From NCBI GenBank assembly GCA_951406725.2, contig OX597815.1:147622001-147686000 (forward strand): a DNA stretch of 64,000 nt. Reading direction: 5' to 3'. Shown piece by piece: positions 54,240 to 64,000 of the stretch. Source of the stretch: Octopus vulgaris (lineage: Eukaryota). The notes under the pieces were generated by a model. The model was not told the origin of the DNA and ran no database searches. It saw only the letters and a list, made by a program, of their open reading frames with translations. Both the position numbers and the translations under genes were made by a program. Every line of letters begins with the position of its first letter. Position 1 is the stretch's first letter.

Positions 54240-54356
54240 TATGTATGCTATGTATGTTTGTATATATGCATACACACACATATACATACACACACATGCA
54301 CACACATACCGAGACACAAACACACAAACATATGTACAATCATATGCATACATACA

Positions 54357-54388
<32 letters not shown>

Positions 54389-54403
54389 CATAAATATATA
54401 TAC

Positions 54404-54440
<37 letters not shown>

Positions 54441-54541
54441 CATATGTACATATATACATATATGTACATATATGTACATATATACATGTATTTATGTACA
54501 CATATGTACATATATACATATATATATATATACATATGTAC

Positions 54542-54586
<45 letters not shown>

Positions 54587-54711
54587 CATATGATGTTTAT
54601 AAATTTTCAGATTTTTGTATATGCTATGCTAGGCCACTGGTTTTAAATTGATATTAATCAAATTAATATTCAATTTTTCACCCTCATTATTTAAAATTTA
54701 TACATAGATAC

Positions 54712-54781
<70 letters not shown>

Positions 54782-54799
54782 CATATATACATATATAGA

Positions 54800-54844
<45 letters not shown>

Positions 54845-55025
54845 TATATATATGTACACACATATACATGTGCACATACATATGTATACATATATATATA
54901 TATTTATATATATACACATATATATATATACATATATAGATGCATATATATAATATATATATGTACACACATATACACGTGCACATACATGTGCATATAT
55001 ATATGTATATATATACATATATATA
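54240..55025. repeat. Long (TA/CA)n low-complexity tract with an embedded 100 bp Penelope-like terminal fragment (54595-54700)
   Basis: Embedded gctaggccactggttttaaattgat...aattaatattcaatttttcaccct matches 13545-13605. Confidence 0.8.
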
Positions 55026-55089
55026 ATCTTTAATCTTTAATCATTGGGGACCACATGTGGCGGTGCTAAACCAATATTTGAAAACCTCT

Positions 55090-57197
55090 GTTATATGTGG
55101 TATTTGGTGAATGATGGAATCTGATGCTGCTGCCGTCGTTTGTGTTTCCGGTCTCGAGGTAGGCTCATCTGGAACTCTTGCCAGGAGGAAATCCATTATT
55201 TTTTGTAAGACAGGTACATCCTCATTATGCAGGTGTCTCAGGCATTTTGGAAAGATATTAAAGTGCTATCGGCCCTTCAAACCCAAGTTGTTGCAGTATC
55301 TGGTCCTCTATTTTTATAGCGATGCAGGGATCTTCGACACTATGCAGTGGAGCTCCGTTCTGCTCTTTGTGTAACGTTGAATAACAAAGTTTGGTACAAG
55401 GCCTTACAGGATTTTCCAGATGTATATCACTGCTTATTATTCCCGCATTTGTTCTAGATTGAAGAGTTTTAATTCTTTCAATGTTTCTCAATACCTGATA
55501 CGTTGCATTGAGACAATGTTCTTTTTGTAGCTTCTTTGGATTGCCTCGAGATCCGTCGTTAACTTTGTATTGTGCGGTGACCATAGTTGGCAGCAGTATT
55601 CCAACCGGCTGTAGAGGACCATCATTGGCACCCTTTTTCTCGTTTTAAAAGTTCGGCGGATCCATACAGCTATCCGTCAGAATTTTATTACCAAATTGGT
55701 AATGTGCACCTGAAAAGATACATCATTGCTCATGTCAATGCCCAGGTCACGCAGTGATTTTGATTGAGGTATTGCAATTACTTCCGTGCCAATTTATCCT
55801 GTCTGCATGTTATTCAGCAATGTGTTTTGGTAGCGCAGGGTTTCGAATCGTCCTGCATTAAACTGCATCTTGCTGTCCTCACACCACCTTCATAATGTGT
55901 CCAGCTCCTGTTGCAGATACGCAATATTTCCAGGATTTGTATTGTTAGAGATTTTGTGCCATGTGCACAGCCAGCAAGGGTGGCTATCTGAGCAGCTCAG
56001 GGCCTGTCTGAAAGGGTCATTATGAATAGCAGTGGCCCTAAGACAGTGTCATTTAGAACACCATTTGTTGTTTGTGCTTCCTTTGATGTCGCTCCATTGG
56101 TCTCCACTGCCTGATTTTTGTCTTTTAGAAAGTCGTGCAGACACTCTCCAAGATTTCCGACTATATCGAGATCATGCAGTTTGCGGCATGTCATACCATG
56201 ATGGACTTCTTCAAAGGCTTTTGGAAAGTCAAGATATGTCACATCCACACTTGAGTCATTTAGCAGCTTCTTTTTAAACTCAATCGTAATGTTGTAAGAC
56301 CTGTATCAGGCATCATCTAAGTATTCGAAATCTATCCTGGGTATCAGTCAGCAAGTTATTTTCTTAATGGAACGTGTTTAGCTTCTAGCAGAGCATCTGT
56401 CCTATGACTTTGCTGATGTGTGGGGTCACAAAGATAGACCTATAATTTTTAACATCTACTCTGCTTCCTCTTCTATGGATAGAGCATATTATTCCGTCAT
56501 TCATGAGGCTGGAAGTTTACCACTTGCAAGGGAAGGTTGAAAAAGAAGCTACGGTGGTTTTGCAAGGGTTCCTTTTCACGATTTACGAAGGAGTGCTGGA
56601 AATCCCTCAGGCTAGCGGCTGGGTTTGTGCCAATTTCATGTATAGCCAGTGTTACATATTCTTAAATTTTGATGTAATCATTTTTCGCTTCTTTCGTTAC
56701 AGGTAAAAATTCTGCTGGTTTATTCACTTGCCTGTGTCCCAGACGTATAATGCATAGCCTTTGGAAATGTTCGCTCAGTATTTCTCGTATCGTCATTGGG
56801 TTTCTTTTGAGGGATAATTCTTCTCGGAAGAAGGGTCCTATCTCGTGGTGTAATGTGGCTTTTTCTCTGGCAAAGTTAAAGAAAGATTTAGGGTTCAATT
56901 GGATACTTTCTATAATCCAAGATTCCTTATATGTTCTCTCTTTTTCGTGATATTCATGCAGACGTTTCTCGATCTCCAACAGCGTTCTCCCCCCCTTCTA
57001 GGATGCTTGTTCAATCGATGCATATTCTTTGTCGTCCCTTAAGAATCTTCCTTCCCTAGGGATCCTGTTAATGTGTCACTCCGCTCTGGGACACATTTGT
57101 CACATATGGCTTGTATTATGATTATTAAATGTTTGTGTTTCATGTCAATGTCTGGTGTGGAGAGACATGTAGGCCAATCTTGTTTGAGAATCTCTTA
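55090..57197 (-). mobile_element. Decayed CR1/Jockey-group LINE ORF2, second copy
   Basis: ORF pieces IESIQLNPKSFFNFAREK, DVTYLDFPKAFEEVHHG, GVLNDTVLGPLLF, MQFNAGRFETL, LRDLG, GFEGPIAL; same family as 41220-43370, opposite strand. Confidence 0.9.
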
Positions 57198-57229
57198 TAA
57201 ATGCATATATATATATATATATATATCGC

Positions 57230-57625
57230 TATGAAAGATCGCTAGCAACTACATATTCGTTATTTTCTCTCCTTGATTCTTTCTGTGTTCCTTTCTGTGG
57301 GAGGGCGTAGGCTCGAAACTTTAAAGACTGCCATCCACACACTGGTTTCGAGGTGGTTGCCTAAATTCCACTGAATTTAAGTAAATAATCGTTCGAAAAG
57401 TCGGTCAGCCGCGACGCCTGGTGGGTTCGGCTAGTCCACATTCATAAGAGGCAACCACCACGAAACTAGTCTCTGGATGCCAGACCAGTAAGGGGAAGCT
57501 GCTGATCTTCCCTGTTCGAAGGATGTATTGGACACAGGTTTGTGTGTCTCATGGCCTCTTGGAGCTAACCAACGGCAGCATTCATCCTAGTTTTCTGGAT
57601 TGCCATGTTAGCTTGGCGATAGCTA

Positions 57626-57692
<67 letters not shown>

Positions 57693-57860
57693 AATTTACA
57701 AAACCAAAAGACGAGACGAGGTCTGTAAACAACAATCAGGTGCATTAGTTTAAACGTTCGGGAATGTGAGAAAGTATTTTACGTTTCGAGCGTACGCTTT
57801 CCAACAGTTCGAAACACAAGAAAATATACAGAGAGAATAGAAAAGAAGAAATAAAGCTTT
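57230..57860. mobile_element. Penelope-like remnants with two opposed degenerate minimal HHR motifs
   Basis: Plus 57291-57326: CUUU CUGUGGG AGGGC guag GCUC GAAACUUU AAAG. Minus about 57776-57807: CUGUUGG AAAGC guac GCUC GAAACGUA AAA. Cores mutated. Confidence 0.5.
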
Positions 57861-57917
57861 AGTAGCAAGCGGTTAATCGTGTGTGTATATATACATGTAT
57901 ATGTATATATATATATC

Positions 57918-57987
<70 letters not shown>

Positions 57988-58328
57988 TATACTTGTAAAG
58001 ATATGTATTGCAAATGTGTACATACTGGTATATACGTACACATACACATAAAACATCTACATCCAGCGATATAGATATATGAATATATTGCTAATTTGAT
58101 AGTGAAACTACTCGGCTCAGTGCCAGTCTTTTTGCCCTAGGTGACAGGGAAGCAGGTGTTGTACTCAATTTGTTTAATATTAATTGCGATAGTCGCACAA
58201 AAAATCTGATAGAAAAGAAAAAAGTCATTCTTACATTACAAATTATATTCTGCTCATGCAGTATCTAGCGATTTTATGATTAAGAGCATAGAATCTTCCG
58301 TACATTCATACATACTTACTATATGCAT

Positions 58329-58429
<101 letters not shown>

Positions 58430-59289
58430 TATGGGCTTTAAGAGATTCTAAATTTTCTTTCTCTGTCACTTGTCTCTAAGGCTTTTGCTATGACAGCTAC
58501 TGTGCTGACCTTTATTATAAGTACGCTGTGCCAATCAAAACTGCCTACAAGAAAACTACTATATGCAATAAGTCAATGCAAATATGCGTTTCAACAACAG
58601 TAGATAATTAAGCATAGAATTTTTATTAATAATAAAATGCAATATGTGTGGTAACAGAAACACAGGGCATGCTGCAAACAGAATACGAAGTTTTAAAATG
58701 AAACTCACAGTAATTGTATGGTAAAAACAGATTTTAACATAATGTTCGGACGTTTATTGCCGGCAAGAATTATGAAGACAACACTAATAAACAATCCATT
58801 GTCGATAAAACGCTTGAAGGCCTTCATGAAGGGAAGTTTATAGAATGCGTGTGTTTGGAGTGGTGTGCATATAAACATACATACATACATACATACATAC
58901 ACATATATATACATACATACGTACATACATATACCTTATAATGGAATAATTACTGTGAAGCATTGTGTAGAATATATTGTATAAAAAATCGTGGGTAATT
59001 GACGAATGTTGCCGATGTGCACACACACGCACATCGGCAATATTCTTCAATTTCTTGAAAATGGGTTCATAACCCCGAAATATTGAATACAAGGTGTTTA
59101 CTGTAATTCACATATTTGTTATTCTTGTGATTTCCCCTGCATTTACTTCGCGTTGTTTTGGCCTTACACGCGATCTTTTATACAATATATATATGGTTTA
59201 TAGTTTTATTGGTCATATATATTTTTACACATAATTTTTCTGTCTTCTACCTTCCACCCTGCATATTTCCTGTGCGTATATAGACGCGA

Positions 59290-59320
<31 letters not shown>

Positions 59321-59731
59321 GATATGAGTATGTGCCTATATAGACGTGTTTTACTCTTATTGCTTATTTTTTACGTTTTTCTATATGTTTCCTTTAGCCC
59401 TGTTTTTTCTTGTGCATGTGCGTATATAGACGTGAGTATGAACCTTTCTTGTGTGTGTGTGTATGTGTGTGTGCGAGCGTGTATGTAAGTGAGCACGTGT
59501 ATGTTACAAGTTAGGGTAGATGAGTATACACATATAGGAGCATGTACGTGGGTGTGCGGGTGTGCATGTGTATGTATGGACACGATCGCTTACCTGATTA
59601 CTATGAACATTTTTACTCCCTTACCTTTATTCTCTACCCTCATTTGGCGGTCATTCCAATGGCTCTTTTGTCTTAATAACGGGCAATCACACAGTAATTT
59701 CCCTTTGTTTTAACAGTCATTTTCATAGTCC

Positions 59732-59791
59732 GATAACTGAAGAGATGCAGTGTGGGTTTCCGCCCCGACATCCGAAACTCGGAATGTTATC
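59732..59791 (+). ncRNA. Degenerate type I hammerhead motif
   Basis: GAUAA CUGAAGA GAUG...CAUC C GAAAC UCGGAAUG UUAUC. Stems I and II present; stem III/cleavage site damaged. Confidence 0.5.
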
Positions 59792-59844
59792 ATGGTTACC
59801 GAATAATTGTCACATATTTTATTTACATATATATATATATATAT

Positions 59845-60192
59845 TCTTTTAATCCTTTACTTGTTTCAGTCTTGTGATGTAGCCATGCTCGAGCACCGCC
59901 TTTATTCGAAAAAATCCACCCCAGAACTTATTCTTGTTAAGCTTACTACTTATTATATCGTTCTTTTCTGCCGAATCGCTAAGTTACGGGGACATAAACA
60001 CACCACCATCGGTCGTGAAGCGATGTTGGGGGTGACAAACACAGACACACAAAGATATACACTCAAAAGCGTTTGGTCGGCCTGAGGCTATAGCAGAAGA
60101 CACTTGCCCACGAAAGTGCCACGCAGTTGGACTGAGTCCGGAACCATGTAGTTTGGAAGCAAGCCACTAACCACAGAACCACTCCTACGCCC
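59845..60192 (-). mobile_element. Family C SINE
   Basis: Homologous to 8496-8905 over its length. Confidence 0.85.
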
Positions 60193-61779
60193 ATATATGT
60201 ATATATATATATATAGGCAAGGAAGAATTGTAAAACGCAGAATGCTAAATTGAAGGTAAATTTTAATGAAAATGGGTGTATGGAAAATTTTTAAAATCAA
60301 AAAAAATATATATATTAACTCTAACAGGATTTCGTCGCAATGCGACTTTTCAAGAATTGTAAGGTGAAAAGAATTTTTTTTTATAATTGAGGAGCGGGAA
60401 AAAAGAAACTTACATTGTTTTTTGCAAAAAATTAATAAACATATACAAAAATTAAAAAATAGGTACACCGGTACCTTGTATACTCTTTTTGTATCTCTAG
60501 TTCAAAGATAGTTCTTGGAAAAATTACCTTGGAGGATTAAGATCCATGTTATTAAATCCATGTGGTGTTTAATTTAGGATGTTTGTTAAAAGAATGACAA
60601 AACAAGAAATGGGGTAGGAATTATCCAGTTCCTGTGAGTAAGGGGAGACAACTCTGTGGATGTTGTGCTCTTCAAGTAGGATTATCAACTTTCTCCACGT
60701 GCGGTCAACACAACACCACTATTTATTGACTTATATATATATATATATATATACATTTATATATATATTTTTTATAAACACACACACTCTTTCTCCTTTT
60801 CTCTTTTCCAACATTTTTGTACATAATTTCTTCACTTGTGTCATTTTATATCCCACCATCTCTGCAAATGTTACTCTTATTAAATCTTACGTTATTAAAT
60901 CTGACAGCCAGTTCCTGCGAAATATTATATCACACTTCTTTATATTAGTAACGCCCATATCTTTGCTTGCTTAACGCTTGTTACGAAGTAATATATTATA
61001 CCTGTTTATATCACGAAATATCAGCACAATTTTGACAATAGCGGCAAATTCTATTGAATAGAATTGAGACAAACAAACTGGAATAGATGCATCGAAATCA
61101 GCACATCATGGAATTTTGTCTCCTTCTTAACGGGTGTCATAGCTGACGGATCACCGCGGAACGACCTAAAATTCTGAGGCTTCCACATATCTATAGCAAA
61201 AACTGAACGGAAATGACAGCAGTTCATACGCTCGTATGCTTTTACCAAGCTATATCTGGTTTTCCTAGTCAGCATTATGAAAAAAAAAGTAGCCAATTGT
61301 GTCACCCTCATTTTCTGAAATCCATACAGTTCAAACCGACAACATCAAGAAAGCGACTACAGTCACCATCCGTCCTAAGAACAGCACTGAAAACAACAAT
61401 GTAATTATAATAGTTAAAAGAAAATTGTAATGAACATCAGAGACGAGAGAATAGGCGTCACAGCCAGGAAAATTGATGTCTTCAAGCCCGAAACTCAAAA
61501 AAAAAAAGAAGAAAAAAGAAAAATCTATAAACGCTAAAAACTGAAACTTAGAAACACAAGGGCCCAACACTACCGAGCCCAGGTGTCAATAAATTCTACT
61601 TAAGAGGTACCTGTGTGTCAATGAGACAACGACTTTTAGTAACTACTCCGGTGATACAATTAAGAACCCAGATAATGTCGTAAGCTTGCAACAGGACCAG
61701 TGAGCTGAGAGAAACAGTATGTCGTGTAATGCTGGAAAATCCCAAAGACTGCGCTATTAGCTCAAGATGCACCGCAGCC

Positions 61780-62085
61780 TGCAAATATAAAACACGATAT
61801 ACTGCTATGTTAGAGAAACAAATGGAGAGGTTTGTGGATCAAAATCTACTGTATAATGATTCAGCATTTGATATGCACATTATCATGATGGCAAGAAAGT
61901 GAAGACAACTGGCAAGATGGATACGAAGATTCTAAAGAGATCAGAAGACCAAGACTTTATGTTGACCTTGTCCAGAATGTTGGTTCCAGCCACTTGGACT
62001 ACGCCTCTCAGCTGTAGCAAGCTCAAAGTGCCAAACGAACGGTGAAATTTGAAGCGATGAAACGATTCTATAATAAACAGATTGT
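61780..62085 (+). mobile_element. Small CR1-like LINE fragment
   Basis: SHLDYASQL*...KFEAMKRFYNKQI resembles the HLDYCSQLW...LEAIQR..TKKI region of CR1-like ORF2. Confidence 0.5.
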
Positions 62086-62649
62086 AACTATTTGTGTACT
62101 TCTAAATGCCAGTAATATAATCTTGAATATCATGCATTCTTTCGGTAGATTCGGTTGGTTCCCAATCTCTGATAATTTTTGGAAATGCTTCGTTGTTATT
62201 TCAACACCAGACGCCATCTTTGAGAGAAAAGCAAATAGAGACGACGCAAAATGTCAAGGGCAGTAACTCTTATTTTTACATGAAGCTCTAGCGTTTTTGG
62301 ATGTTGTCGCACATCGCTGTTTACAATCATTACAACCACAATGACTATTTGGTGGGATTTCAAAGTATTCGGTCGCTGAAACTTCACAACAACCTACAAC
62401 AACATCAAAATTACAAAAACAGAAACAAACAAAAAATCGAAGCAAAACAATATCAATTCATGGCTATGGTACATTGCTAAAATGCCATCTTTATCAAATG
62501 AAGTGAATAATATGAGATTACGAAGCTAACATGTTGGTCGTATATCCAAGCTTTACCGTTATGCATTTCTAGAAATTTTGTAGGTTATTCTGTGTTAATA
62601 TAGTTGGAAAAATTATGTAATATATTGATTCCAAAGTCTGGAGCACGAA

Positions 62650-62792
62650 CAGCAAGTTGGAGTAAAGAGGTATACTATCGACACCCAAAGGTTAAGTCGA
62701 ATTCCGTGGAATTTGAACTAATGCATAAAAACGAACGAAATGCCTCTAACACAATTGCCCTGCGTCCTGAAGATTCTGCCAGCTCACTGCCA
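62650..62792 (-). mobile_element. Degenerate family A SINE
   Basis: aagtcgaattccgtggaatttgaact...gattctgccagctcactgcc. Confidence 0.55.
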
Positions 62793-62998
62793 TAGCTATT
62801 GCAAATTATTAAACTCCGAACTATTCACTGAATCATTTAATATGTAGTTCCTGTAATTGAAAATTAAAAACATATCTTGTTCTCCTTTCCTGAATCATTT
62901 ACAACCTCGGTTTCCACGAACACACATACGAAATTACGCGCGCACACCCACATATACACATATAGGCATAAACATATGTAAAACGATATATATGTGAG

Positions 62999-63036
<38 letters not shown>

Positions 63037-63160
63037 TATGCTTATATATGTATATGTTTACATATATATATACACACATATCTAGGCATACATGTATATA
63101 AATACACATGCACACATGTATGTATATATATATATATATATACGCTTATGTATGTATATA

Positions 63161-63191
<31 letters not shown>

Positions 63192-63213
63192 TCACATGTG
63201 TGCCTGTGTTGAC

Positions 63214-63267
<54 letters not shown>

Positions 63268-64000
63268 GTATGTATTTGAGGATAAAACTCTGAGATATTG
63301 CCTTTAATATATGCATTTAATTATTAAATTTTCAATACAAATTGAATTTCAATTCCTACATTAGTCTCCCATTAACAAAAAAAAAAAAATATTTGTAGTT
63401 CAGAATATGCACTTTACATTAACGGATGTACACTTCGTTAATGGCCTTAATAAACTACATTATTAATAGATTATCCAGTTCATTGGCGATTTACATTTTC
63501 CCTAAATATCAATTACGAAGAAGTTTAACATAACACGGCGATATTAAAAGCATGTACTGAAATATCAATGAATATTTAACTATTAACAGCTAACTATAAA
63601 TATACTATGTAAGATAGTTAAGTAATACTAGTAAAAATATAAATATACTATGTAATGAACGCTCTAAATAAATTGTATGAATCTCTCAGATATAAACGAA
63701 GAATAGATCACTACAATTATATTTAACAGATATTTAACTTGATGAAGTTTTCTTGCATATATTTTTTACTACATCTTTGAGTACTAGAGACCTTAGCAGC
63801 ATTTAAGACAGCAATTAAAAGTATATTTGGAGATAAACTGGCCTGCAAATTAATAACTGATTATAAGGGGAATATTGCCGAAATAACGTCAATTAGTTAA
63901 ATAAATCTTGTTGTAATTCTGAATTTCGTGATTATATAAAATTAAATATGATTAATAAAGCAGGATGACTTATTACATTAGAATCTATGAATGATAACAG

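Overview
AT-rich eukaryotic DNA, inferred to be intronic or intergenic sequence from an octopus or other coleoid cephalopod (based on the SINE repertoire and the dense (TA)n/(CA)n/(AAT)n/(AAG)n microsatellites). I find no credible host exon. Almost all listed ORFs are microsatellite read-throughs or pieces of dead transposons. The window holds at least three tRNA-derived SINE families, decayed mariner, maT and Tc1-like DNA transposons, two large CR1-like LINE remnants and restriction-like-endonuclease retrotransposon remnants. The main signal is a set of non-coding elements carrying type I hammerhead ribozyme (HHR) motifs, with Penelope-like/retrozyme architecture, mostly sitting in (TA)n tracts. 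These include a 4.1-copy tandem array of a 586-587 bp unit with a complete HHR motif in each unit (43371-45800), a 507 bp-period element with an inverted HHR-bearing arm (13301-14118), a tRNA-headed element with an HHR tail (4022-4495, relative at 29912-30094) and several solo or degenerate HHRs. All motif and fold calls were made by eye; none were computed.
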